Part shown: piece after piece, positions 9,144 through 17,875 of the stretch
Numbering within the stretch: the stretch's first letter is position 1
Layout: every line of letters begins with the position of its first letter
Origin: Ilumatobacteraceae bacterium
GTDB lineage: Bacteria > Actinomycetota > Acidimicrobiia > Acidimicrobiales > Ilumatobacteraceae
Direction: 5' to 3'
DNA: 64,000 nucleotides
Assembly (NCBI GenBank): GCA_049458915.1
Contig: JBMUCX010000001.1
Span: 389 to 64,388, forward strand
Position numbers and translations under genes: made by a program
The notes under the pieces: generated by a model
The model's input: only the letters and a program-made list of their open reading frames with translations
Told to the model about the DNA's origin: nothing
Databases searched by the model: none

Positions 9144-9488
9144 ATGCTCGTGGAGATCGTCCCCCGGTACCGGTTCGAGGAGTTCGTCCGACGGTCGCTC
9201 GACGACCTCCCCGACGAACTCGCCGCCGTGCTCGACAACGTCGTCGTCCAGGTTCACGACCGTCATCCCGACGAGCCCGACCTGCTCGGGCTCTACGAAG
9301 GCACGCCGCACACCGAGCGGATCGGCGACGAGTTCCCCGACGTGGTGTCCATCTTCCGCATTCCGCTGTGCGAGATGTGCGCCGACCTCGACGAACTCGT
9401 CGATGAGATCCACGTCACCGTGATCCACGAACTCGCCCACGCCGCCGGGATCGACGACGAACGCCTCCACGACCTCGGCTGGGCCTGA
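9144..9488 (+). CDS. Small metallopeptidase-family protein (COG3824/DUF1025-like)
   Basis: A 114-aa protein with an HELAH zinc motif near the C-terminus. Confidence 0.7.
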   Translation: MLVEIVPRYRFEEFVRRSLDDLPDELAAVLDNVVVQVHDRHPDEPDLLGLYEGTPHTERIGDEFPDVVSIFRIPLCEMCADLDELVDEIHVTVIHELAHAAGIDDERLHDLGWA

Positions 9489-9513
9489 CCGTCCGTCGAC
9501 GTCGGCGACTACG

Positions 9514-10290
9514 GTGGCCTCCGTGAGCGAGCCGCCCCTCCCGCCACCGGTCGGTGCTCCGCCACCACCGAACCCGCTCCCGAACTCGTCCGACCCCGTC
9601 GGGTCCCATCGACGTTTGCGCCGCATCGGTCGACTCGGACGGACCGCCCAGGTGCTCGTCGTCACCACGGCCGCTCTGGCCGCCGTCGCGTCCGTCACGT
9701 CCCGTCTCGTCACCGACGAAGCGCAGGCATTCCTCGACGGTGACCTCGACCGGAACGATTTCATCGAAGCAGCCGCCCCGAACGTCCTCGTCACGTTCGT
9801 CCAGGGCGTCGCCCTGCTCGCCGCCGCTGTGACCGTCATGGTCTGGATGCATCGGCTCGCCGCCAATCTCCGAGCTCTCCACCGCGGCACCACGTGGGGG
9901 CCGGGTTGGGCAGTCGGGTGTTGGCTCCTGCCTCCGCTCGTGTTCATCCTGCCATTCCTCGTCCTGCGCGAGATCTGGCGGGCCTCCGACCCTGACGTGG
10001 GGGTCGGTGAGGGTTGGCGAACCGGGCGCCCTCCCGTGGCGACGACGATCTGGTTCGTCCTGTTCGGCCCGGTCCAGGCGATCTTGCAGTTCACCGTTCA
10101 GTTCGAGCGATTCGGGACCGACATCGGTGGACTCGGTGGTGAGGAAGCGCTCGCCGAACAGATCGCACGAGGCGGCATCGCTCCCGTTGCTTCGGTCCTC
10201 GTCGAGATCGCCGCTGCGGTGGCATTCGTGGTCGTCGTCCGTTCGATCGACGGACGTCACCGCCGACTCATCGGCGAAGGGCCGCTCTGA
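9514..10290 (+). CDS. DUF4328-like membrane protein
   Basis: A Pro-rich N-terminus is followed by several TM helices and the motif WGPGWAVGCWLLPPLVFILPFLVLREIWRASDP. Confidence 0.65.
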   Translation: MASVSEPPLPPPVGAPPPPNPLPNSSDPVGSHRRLRRIGRLGRTAQVLVVTTAALAAVASVTSRLVTDEAQAFLDGDLDRNDFIEAAAPNVLVTFVQGVALLAAAVTVMVWMHRLAANLRALHRGTTWGPGWAVGCWLLPPLVFILPFLVLREIWRASDPDVGVGEGWRTGRPPVATTIWFVLFGPVQAILQFTVQFERFGTDIGGLGGEEALAEQIARGGIAPVASVLVEIAAAVAFVVVVRSIDGRHRRLIGEGPL

Positions 10291-10292
10291 GC

Positions 10293-10760
10293 ATGGCGGC
10301 GCTCTATCTCGTCCGTCACGCCAAAGCCGGCGAGCGCCGACTCTGGGAGGCGAACGACCTGGACCGACCCCTCAGCAAAAAGGGTTGGAAGCAGTCGGAG
10401 GCCCTCGCCAAGCGACTCGCTGCTCTCGAACCGTCGATGCTGCTGTCGAGCCCCTACGTCAGATGTGTGCAGACACTCGAACCACTCGGACGCCGGATCC
10501 GCACACCGATCACGATCGAACCCCGGCTCACCGAGGACGAACCCTTCGAACCGGTGCTCGAGCTCCTCACGGAGATCCCCGCCCGGGCGGTGATGTGCAG
10601 CCACGGCGACATCATCCCGGCGACGATCGAGTCGCTCCGACGATCGGGAGCCGAGATCCGCACGCCGGTCGACTGGCGCAAGTCGTCCGTGTGGGTGCTG
10701 AAGCGCGACAAACGGTCCCGGATCGTCACGGCGACCGTCTGGCCGCCCCCGAACGTCTGA
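10293..10760 (+). CDS. Histidine phosphatase family protein (SixA-like)
   Basis: LYLVRHAKAG carries the RHA catalytic motif. The protein is 155 aa and has SHGD near the C-terminus. Confidence 0.8.
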   Translation: MAALYLVRHAKAGERRLWEANDLDRPLSKKGWKQSEALAKRLAALEPSMLLSSPYVRCVQTLEPLGRRIRTPITIEPRLTEDEPFEPVLELLTEIPARAVMCSHGDIIPATIESLRRSGAEIRTPVDWRKSSVWVLKRDKRSRIVTATVWPPPNV

Positions 10761-10763
10761 CTC

Positions 10764-11543
10764 TCACCCTGCTGACGTGGGTGGCGCCACCGACCCGATG
10801 CCGAGTTCGTCACGGATCTGGATGCGGAGACCCTCGACCAGACCGCGGACGTCGGCGGGCGGCCCGGCGGACAGGCACCCCTCGACGAAGGGCAAGGCGG
10901 TTTCGGCGGCACCGAGGAACCGGTACTCGATGATGCCGAGGAAGCAATACGGATCGGGATAACCCCGGTCCTCCTCGATCGCCGACACCAGCGAACGGAC
11001 CGCATCGTCGAGGACGTCCCGTGCCGTGTCCTGGTCGTCGATCGCCACTGTCGACAGCGCGAGGGTCCAACCGCGGTACGCGAGCGCCTCGACGTTGTCG
11101 GGTTCGGCCTCGAGCACCTGGTCGTACAGAGCGACGGCGGCCAACGGGTTCGACACCTGGACCGACCTGGCCTCGGACAGCAGCACCTGCGTCGCATCTC
11201 GTGGGTCCAGGCCGGTGATCTGCTGCCCCGGGAGTCGCTGGGCCGACGAAGCGCTCAGCGCCCACCAGACGACGGCAATCGAAGCCAGCACGACCGCACC
11301 GACCACGATCCGGCGACGCCAGTCGGTCTCGGGCCGAGGGGCCAACGCTGCTCGGCCCGACTCGATCGCCCGAAGCGCGGCAGCTGCACGCACCGTGTAG
11401 CCGTCGCGCAGCTCGCGGTAGTCGTCGTCGTCGACGTCGCCAGCGGCGTACTCGCGGTCGAGGTCGGCCAACGAGCGGAGGAGGAACCGACGTTCCTCCT
11501 CGAGTGCCGCCAGACGATCAGGATCGGATGTCGCGGCCATCAC
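10764..11543 (-). CDS. TPR-repeat cytochrome c biogenesis accessory protein (CcmI / CcmH C-terminal-like)
   Basis: One TM helix (IVVGAVVLASIAVVWWAL) is followed by TPR-like repeats (ALYDQVLEAEPDNVEALAYRGWTLAL). It is the last gene of the ccm operon. The start at ATG 11543 overlaps the ccmH stop. Confidence 0.6.
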   Translation of the reverse strand: MMAATSDPDRLAALEEERRFLLRSLADLDREYAAGDVDDDDYRELRDGYTVRAAAALRAIESGRAALAPRPETDWRRRIVVGAVVLASIAVVWWALSASSAQRLPGQQITGLDPRDATQVLLSEARSVQVSNPLAAVALYDQVLEAEPDNVEALAYRGWTLALSTVAIDDQDTARDVLDDAVRSLVSAIEEDRGYPDPYCFLGIIEYRFLGAAETALPFVEGCLSAGPPADVRGLVEGLRIQIRDELGIGSVAPPTSAG

Positions 11544-12039
11544 CGGTCCCCGATGGATCGTCACGGAGGGCTCGGGCGACGAGATCGATGTCGTCCTCGG
11601 TGGCCGGTCCGAGCGCCGCACTGTTCACCCGCCACCGACGGAAGGCCAGGGCGAGACCGGCCACACCGACCACGAACGCCGTGGCCGGCAGCGCCCAGGC
11701 CAATGCCTCCACCCCGTTCGCCGTCGGGACGAGCAACTCGCGACCACCCCGCGAGGACACGATCGACGCGATGACCTCGTCGTCGGAGAGCACTCCCTCG
11801 GTCACGCGGTCCTGGATCGCGTCCTTGATGTTCTCCGACGTCGGGTGACGGGACTCGTAGACGCTCTCGCCCTGGCACACCGGGCACGCCACCCGCTTCG
11901 AGATCGCCTCGACCCGCTCGTCGGGTGTCCGAGGGCCACCGTCACGGGACGCACCCACGGCGAGGAATCCGACCACGACGAACAGGAGCAGGATCCAACC
12001 AGGCCATCCCTTCACGCGTCGCGATCGTGGAGAGGTCAT
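11518..12039 (-). CDS. ccmH: Cytochrome c-type biogenesis protein CcmH/NrfF
   Basis: The CPVCQGES (CXXC) motif is followed by a C-terminal TM helix, and the gene lies within the ccm operon. Confidence 0.85.
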   Translation of the reverse strand: MTSPRSRRVKGWPGWILLLFVVVGFLAVGASRDGGPRTPDERVEAISKRVACPVCQGESVYESRHPTSENIKDAIQDRVTEGVLSDDEVIASIVSSRGGRELLVPTANGVEALAWALPATAFVVGVAGLALAFRRWRVNSAALGPATEDDIDLVARALRDDPSGTGDGRDIRS

Positions 12040-12623
12040 CGCAGCCCCCCGCCCGACGCGGCGAACCGCTCCCGGAGCGACTGCAGACTCGCTCCGAGCA
12101 ACTCCGCCGTCACCTGGCCGATCACCCGACCTCGGACGACACCGTTCGGATCGATCACCCAGGTCTCGGGGACCTGGACCACGCCGAACTCGATCTGGAA
12201 GTCGTAGGCGTCGTCGAAGACGACCGGCCAGTCACCGCCGTACCGGTCGAAGAACTCGGCGACCTCGGCGACCGTGCTCGTCTGCACGATCGAGTAGAAC
12301 TCCGCCCCGTCGACGCCCAGGCTGCGCTGCTGGACCACGAAATCGACCAACTCCGGGTGCTCCTGGATGCAGGGGACGCAGTCGTGGGTGAAGAAGTTCA
12401 GCACCACCCAGCTCCCCTTCCGGCGTGACAACTCGAACGGGGTGCCGTCGGCGAGCGATCCGACTGCTGCCGGTGCCGGACGATCCAACAGCGGGGTGTC
12501 GGCGGTCGCGGTGCTGTTCGCGTCGGCCGATGCGAGGAGCCAGAACAGCGCGCCCGCGACGAGCGCGAGGAGTCCGACCACGAGCGGGGCGACTCGTCGC
12601 GATCGAACCGGATCATCCGACAC
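12036..12623 (-). CDS. ccmG: Thiol:disulfide oxidoreductase CcmG/DsbE (TlpA-like thioredoxin)
   Basis: An N-terminal TM helix and the thioredoxin active site HDCVPC are present, and the gene lies within the ccm operon. Confidence 0.85.
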   Translation of the reverse strand: MSDDPVRSRRVAPLVVGLLALVAGALFWLLASADANSTATADTPLLDRPAPAAVGSLADGTPFELSRRKGSWVVLNFFTHDCVPCIQEHPELVDFVVQQRSLGVDGAEFYSIVQTSTVAEVAEFFDRYGGDWPVVFDDAYDFQIEFGVVQVPETWVIDPNGVVRGRVIGQVTAELLGASLQSLRERFAASGGGLR

Positions 12624-14595
12624 TCGACGACTCCCCGACGGGCGCCGACACCGGATCGAGTGGGTTGCGTCGGCGCTTGCCGGGGAACGCCGACAGCACC
12701 GTGCCGAGGGCCATCAGGCCACCACCGATCCAGAGCCAGATGATCAGGGGCTTCTTGAACACCTCGAGCGCCACCTCCGTGGCACCGACCGGCGGCGGGT
12801 TGACCCCGGCGATCGTGAGGTACACGTCGTGCGTCAGACCCGTCATCACACTCGGTGTGAGCACCGGTCGACCCATCTGCAGATACGTCGTGAACGCCGG
12901 CCCGTAGATCTTGTCGCCGTCGACACGGATGTTCGCTCGAACCACGTCGACCCGCTCGTCACGTTCGTCGACCACCTCCACGAACTCCAGCGTGTGCCCG
13001 GCCCAGTCGACGACCTCGCCCTGACGTAACTCGATCCGACTCGAGGTGGTGTAGGCGTTCGAGGCGACGATCGCGACGGCGACCAGGATGACACCGAGGT
13101 GGACGATCATTCCGCCGTTCGCCCGACCGACGAGTCCTCGCCATCCCTGCCGGCGGGTGGCGAGCACGATCTGGCGGAGCGCCGCCCCGCCGGCGAAACC
13201 AGCGAGCGCGAACGCCGACAGCGGCGCCCAGCCCTCGGCGCCCACGAACACGGAGACGGCGAGCGCCCCGGCACCGCACCACGCCGGCCAGAACAGCCGT
13301 TCCCGAAGCAGTTCCTGCGATGCCTTCCGCCAGGGCAGCACGGGAGCAACCGCCATGAGGAACAGCAGGGTGAGACCGATCGGCATCGACAGGCGGTCGA
13401 AGTACGGGGCCCCGACGACGGTTTGTCGGTCCTGCAGGGCCTCGACCACGAGTGGGAACAGCGTGCCGAGGAGCACGATGAACGCGAACACGGTGAAGAT
13501 CACGTTGTTCGCCAGGAAGAAGCCCTCCCGGGAGATCGGACTGTCCATCACCCCGGGAGAGCGGAGGCGGTCACCACGCCAGGCGATCAGCGCCAGCGAC
13601 ACGACCACGACCACCCCGAAGAAGGCGAGGAGGTACCCGTCGACCTCACCGGCGGCGAACGCGTGGACGCTGCTCACGATGCCCGACCGGGTCAGGAAGG
13701 TACCGAGGATCGTGAGGGCGAAGGTCGCCACCAGCAGGCTGAGGTTCCAGACCCGCAGCATTCCCCGACGCTGCTGGACCAGCACCGAGTGGATGTAGGC
13801 CGTCCCGGTCAGCCACGGGAGGAACGAGGCGTTCTCCACCGGGTCCCAGGCCCAGACGCCGGACCAACCGAGCACCTCGTAGCTCCACCACCCGCCGAGG
13901 ATGATCCCGATGGTGAGGAATCCCCACGAGAACAGCGCCCAACGCCGGGTCTCCATCAGCCATCCCTCGCCGACCCGACCGGTGATCAGCGCCGCGATCG
14001 CAAAGGCGAACGGCACGGTGAACCCGACGTAGCCGAGGTACAGGATCGGTGGGTGGAACAGGACCAGGACGTGGTTCTGGAGCAGCGGATTCGGGCCGGG
14101 CCCGTCGAACCCGAACGGCACCGGTGCTCCAGCGGAGAACGGGTTGGCCGGCCCGAAACTCATCAGGCCGAAGAACGCCGACACCGCGAACATCACGACG
14201 AGCGCCCACCCCACCAGGGTGTCCTCGGCGCGACCTCGGAATCGCCAGGCGACCCCGGCGGTGAAGGCCGACAGCACGAGGACCCACAGCAGGATCGACC
14301 CTTCGAGGGCACTCCACATCGCAGCGACGTTGTACAGCGTCGGTGTCGTCGTCGATCCGACCTGCTGCACGTAGGCGAGGGAGAAGTCGCGCACCTGGAG
14401 CGCACGCTGCATCGCGATGACCGCGACGAGCGCTCCGGCCAGGATCAGCCAGGCGTAGTTGAGCGACTGGCGGAGCCCGGCACGGTGACCCGTGACGATC
14501 GCGTACGACGTCGACGCCGCACCGAGCACCGACGCCGCCAGCACGACGAGGAGCCCGCCATGCCCCAGCGCCGCATTGACGCTCAGACCGAGCAT
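12613..14595 (-). CDS. ccmF: Cytochrome c heme lyase subunit CcmF
   Basis: A 660-aa polytopic membrane protein with the WWD motif WAWDPVENASFLPWL. Confidence 0.92.
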   Translation of the reverse strand: MLGLSVNAALGHGGLLVVLAASVLGAASTSYAIVTGHRAGLRQSLNYAWLILAGALVAVIAMQRALQVRDFSLAYVQQVGSTTTPTLYNVAAMWSALEGSILLWVLVLSAFTAGVAWRFRGRAEDTLVGWALVVMFAVSAFFGLMSFGPANPFSAGAPVPFGFDGPGPNPLLQNHVLVLFHPPILYLGYVGFTVPFAFAIAALITGRVGEGWLMETRRWALFSWGFLTIGIILGGWWSYEVLGWSGVWAWDPVENASFLPWLTGTAYIHSVLVQQRRGMLRVWNLSLLVATFALTILGTFLTRSGIVSSVHAFAAGEVDGYLLAFFGVVVVVSLALIAWRGDRLRSPGVMDSPISREGFFLANNVIFTVFAFIVLLGTLFPLVVEALQDRQTVVGAPYFDRLSMPIGLTLLFLMAVAPVLPWRKASQELLRERLFWPAWCGAGALAVSVFVGAEGWAPLSAFALAGFAGGAALRQIVLATRRQGWRGLVGRANGGMIVHLGVILVAVAIVASNAYTTSSRIELRQGEVVDWAGHTLEFVEVVDERDERVDVVRANIRVDGDKIYGPAFTTYLQMGRPVLTPSVMTGLTHDVYLTIAGVNPPPVGATEVALEVFKKPLIIWLWIGGGLMALGTVLSAFPGKRRRNPLDPVSAPVGESSSVG

Positions 14596-15074
14596 TCGCC
14601 AGCGAGTTCGTCGGCCTCGTCGAGCCGCTCGTCGTTGACCGCCACGTATTCGTCGGAGTGCTTGACCTCGACCCGATCACCGAGGAACGTCCCTGCGTCG
14701 TCGAAGCGACCATGGACCACGACCGGGATGCACTCCTTGAAGATCCCGCCCGGCTCGCCGTCGTATCGCACCGGCACCACGGCGTCGTTGAACGAGATGT
14801 CGAACACCGTGTCACCCGCCGCCTCGACGACGGTCCCCCGCTCCACGACACCCTGGATCCGCATCCGCCGATCGCCGGTGCACCCGGCAGCGGACCCGAT
14901 CTCGTCGACATTGCAGTAGTAATCGACCGCCGATCGCAGGAACTGGGTGATGATGACGCCACCGGCGACGAGGACCAGTCCGAGCAGGATCGTCGGCATC
15001 CATCGGCGACGACGACGCGAGGCGGGGCCGGTCGACGGGTCGACCGGGCCGGTACGGGGAGTCAGATCGGTCAT
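14583..15074 (-). CDS. ccmE: Heme chaperone CcmE
   Basis: It has a single N-terminal TM helix. The C-terminal VKHSDEY contains the heme-binding HxxxY motif. Confidence 0.9.
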   Translation of the reverse strand: MTDLTPRTGPVDPSTGPASRRRRRWMPTILLGLVLVAGGVIITQFLRSAVDYYCNVDEIGSAAGCTGDRRMRIQGVVERGTVVEAAGDTVFDISFNDAVVPVRYDGEPGGIFKECIPVVVHGRFDDAGTFLGDRVEVKHSDEYVAVNDERLDEADELAGECSV

Positions 15075-15103
15075 GGGGTGCTCTGTCGGGTCCGGTGCTG
15101 CTG

Positions 15104-15286
15104 TCAGGTCCAGTACTTGTGGTCGTCGTCGACCTGGTCGGACAGACGACGAGCGGCCCGGAGCGATCTCCAGGCGAACAGGGCGACGACGCCGAAGGTC
15201 ACGGCGTACGACCCGAAGATGAAACCGGCGTCCTGCATCGCCACCACCTGCATCAACACCAGCTGCATCGCCACCACAAGGTTCAC
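15104..15286 (-). CDS. ccmD: Heme exporter protein CcmD
   Basis: A small single-TM protein (FIFGSYAVTFGVVALFAW) lying between ccmC and ccmE. The GTG at 15286 overlaps the ccmC stop as GTGA. An alternative ATG lies at 15238. Confidence 0.7.
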   Translation of the reverse strand: MNLVVAMQLVLMQVVAMQDAGFIFGSYAVTFGVVALFAWRSLRAARRLSDQVDDDHKYWT

Positions 15287-16071
15287 CCGACCGTTTCCCG
15301 ACGACGGGCGTCGAGGGCCGCCTCGAGCCCGACGTCGTCGAGGACGTCGCGCATCGCCAGGATCCTGCTGCGATGGAGGAGCAACCACAGGTACACGAGG
15401 CTGAACGCCACCACGCCGACGAACAGGCTGAAGAGCATCAGCCCGTCCATCTGGACATCACCGTCGAGGTTGGCGATCGAGGCATCCTGATGGAGGCTCC
15501 GCCACAGTCGGACGGAGAAATGTACGAGCGGGATCTCCAGCACGATCAGCAGTCCGATCACGGCGCTCCGCTTGGCCCGTTCGTGGTGCGATCCGCCGAG
15601 GTTCCGGACCGCCAGGTAGCCGATGTACGACACGAACAGCAGCGCGGTGGTCGTGAGTCTGGCGTCCCATTGCCAGTAGACCCCCCACGTGATCCGTCCC
15701 CAGAGCATCCCCGTCACGAGCGTCAACGCCATGAAGACGACACCGATCTCGGCACTGGCCCCGGCGAACCGGTCGAACCCGAGCGAGCGCCGCTTCGTGA
15801 ACAGGTAGGAACCCGAACAGATCGCCGTCACCACGAATGCCAGATACGCGAGCCACACCGTCGGCACGTGGACGTACAGGATCCGAACCGCCTCTTCCTG
15901 ATCGCGGTCGGCCGGCGAGAAGCCCAGCCCGAACGCCACCAACCAACCGATCATGACGACCGCTGCGATGCCGATCCAGCGGGTCGCAGTCGTGCCGGTT
16001 CGGACCACCCGACCATCTGCAGGCGCCACGCCATCAGACGGGGTCATGCGTCGGTCCGTTGTCAGGTCCAT
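15283..16071 (-). CDS. ccmC: Heme exporter protein CcmC
   Basis: The Trp-rich WWD motif WGVYWQWDARL is present in a 262-aa polytopic protein. Confidence 0.9.
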   Translation of the reverse strand: MDLTTDRRMTPSDGVAPADGRVVRTGTTATRWIGIAAVVMIGWLVAFGLGFSPADRDQEEAVRILYVHVPTVWLAYLAFVVTAICSGSYLFTKRRSLGFDRFAGASAEIGVVFMALTLVTGMLWGRITWGVYWQWDARLTTTALLFVSYIGYLAVRNLGGSHHERAKRSAVIGLLIVLEIPLVHFSVRLWRSLHQDASIANLDGDVQMDGLMLFSLFVGVVAFSLVYLWLLLHRSRILAMRDVLDDVGLEAALDARRRETVG

Positions 16072-16226
16072 GGACGGGCTCCATCACAACACTCATTCGT
16101 CGTTCGTCAGTCTGGTCCACCGACGGCGATCCGTCGCCTCGGGCGGATGTGACCCTGGTCTCCGACACCGGATCATCGTACGAGCGGACGGATCGAACTT
16201 TCGCCCGGGAGGTGACGTTCCGACAC

Positions 16227-16922
16227 TCATCCCGACTCGACGAGCGGCCCGAACGCCAACGCACCACCGATTGCGAACGCCACGGCGAACACGCCGAGCA
16301 GGCCGACCCACGGCCAACCCTCGGCGACGACGGCGCCGTCGGTTCCGAGCGCCGACTCGACCGCCCGAGTCGCGCCGATGAGCACCGGAGCCACGACCGG
16401 GAAGACGAGCAGCGGCAGCAACGGTTCACGTCCACTCCCACCGACCGTCACACCTCCGTACACCGCGCCCACACAGGCGAGCCCGGCGGTGGCGGTGACC
16501 ACGACGGCCAGCAGGAGCGCCAGGCCGCTCAACGGTACCGAGGCCCCGTAGAGCACGACCGCCGCAACCAGGAGCGCCACCTCGAGCACCAGCAGTTGCG
16601 CCCCCAGAGCGAGCGCCTTCCCCCAGAACACCGCGGCCAGATCGACCCCGGCGACGCGTAGCGCGTCGAGCGCTGCATCCTCGGTCTCCACGGCGAACGC
16701 CCGCTGGACGAGCACCAGGAGACTGAACGAGGTCGCCAACCACACCAGACCCGGAGCGACCCGCTCGAGCACGTTCGAGGCATCCAGCGCGAAGGCGAAC
16801 ATCACCATCGTCACCCCGGCGAACGGGATGATCTGGTGCAGTAGGACACGACTCGATCGCTCGATCCGGAGATCCTTCAGGGCGATCAACCGGACGATCC
16901 GCCAGCGGCTCACGGGGTGCAC
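16227..16922 (-). CDS. ccmB: Heme exporter permease CcmB
   Basis: A 231-aa six-TM-like protein lying between ccmA and ccmC. Confidence 0.85.
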   Translation of the reverse strand: MHPVSRWRIVRLIALKDLRIERSSRVLLHQIIPFAGVTMVMFAFALDASNVLERVAPGLVWLATSFSLLVLVQRAFAVETEDAALDALRVAGVDLAAVFWGKALALGAQLLVLEVALLVAAVVLYGASVPLSGLALLLAVVVTATAGLACVGAVYGGVTVGGSGREPLLPLLVFPVVAPVLIGATRAVESALGTDGAVVAEGWPWVGLLGVFAVAFAIGGALAFGPLVESG

Positions 16923-17638
16923 CCGTCACCCGGATCGGCATCGTGCCCTCCCGCGCCGTCGACCGTTCGACCACCGACGACGTCGACGATCCGACCGGCG
17001 AGGTGGCCGGCTCGCTCCAGTTCATGACTCGCGACGAGCACGGTGGCCCCGGCATCCGCAGCTTGCCGCAGCACACGATCGAGTTCGTCACGGCCGTCGG
17101 CATCGAGTCCGGCATGGGGCTCGTCGAGCAACCACAGTTCGGCGCGCCGGGCGACGAGGCATGCGAGCGCCACCCGCCGTCGCTGGCCGGCCGCCAGCGC
17201 GCGGCCGGCGCCGTCGGCGAGGCGCCCGTCGACGGCGAGTCGGACCATCGCCGCTCGCACTTCGTCACCCGTCGCACCCACGGTGGCCCCCCAGAACGAG
17301 ACGTTCTCCTCGACCGTGAGGTCGCGGTACAGCCCGTTGTGGTGTCCGAGCAGGCCGACCCGCGCCCGCACCAGGTCGGCGTCGGTGCGGAGGTCGAGCC
17401 CGAGCACGCTTCCCGACCCGCGCTCGATCGGGAGCAGCGCCGCGCACAGCCGCAGCACACTCGTCTTTCCGGCACCGTTCGGACCTCGGAGCAGGACGAT
17501 CTCGCCCCGCTCGACCCGCAACGTCGCCCCCGCGAGCACGGGGAACGATCCCGACACGGCGACCACGTCGCAGAGTTCGACGACTGCGGGCGCGACCGAG
17601 CGATCGGCGGCCTCGGTCGGGAACGGTGGGACTGGCAT
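16910..17638 (-). CDS. ccmA: Heme ABC exporter ATP-binding protein CcmA
   Basis: Walker A (GPNGAGKTS), the signature-like LAAGQRRRVALA and Walker B (LWLLDEP) are present. Confidence 0.9.
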   Translation of the reverse strand: MPVPPFPTEAADRSVAPAVVELCDVVAVSGSFPVLAGATLRVERGEIVLLRGPNGAGKTSVLRLCAALLPIERGSGSVLGLDLRTDADLVRARVGLLGHHNGLYRDLTVEENVSFWGATVGATGDEVRAAMVRLAVDGRLADGAGRALAAGQRRRVALACLVARRAELWLLDEPHAGLDADGRDELDRVLRQAADAGATVLVASHELERAGHLAGRIVDVVGGRTVDGAGGHDADPGDGCTP

Positions 17639-17875
17639 CGACAGAACGGATCGAGGAGATGGTGGGCGCCGATCTCCGGACCCACCCCACGCTACGCCCC
17701 GATCGGCGACCCCGACGACTGGCGACGCTCCGATATCGTTCCCGCCGTGCCCGCTCCGTCACGTCGTCACCACGCCGTGACCTCCCGGGTCGCCGGCGAA
17801 GTCGGATTCGACGTCGGACCCCAGTTCCGCTCGCTCCGTCAGCGGTACATCGCGGCGACGCGTCGGTCGAAACGA

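Noticed and set aside
8670-10094. 474-aa minus-strand ORF
   Set aside because: It is antisense to mrp, the metallopeptidase gene and the DUF4328 gene. The translation is Arg/Ser/Thr/Pro-rich with no domain signature.
13099-14919. 606-aa plus-strand ORF, with several similar ORFs across 12.4-15.4 kb
   Set aside because: It is antisense to ccmF and ccmE. The translation is Arg/Pro/Gly/Asp-rich low-complexity sequence with no motifs. This is the typical stop-poor antisense frame of a high-GC gene.
16943-17875. N-terminal 310 aa of the 723-aa plus-strand ORF that ends as the sortase
   Set aside because: This part is antisense to ccmA and has no sortase homology. The sortase begins only at about 17876-17930, just before its TM helix.
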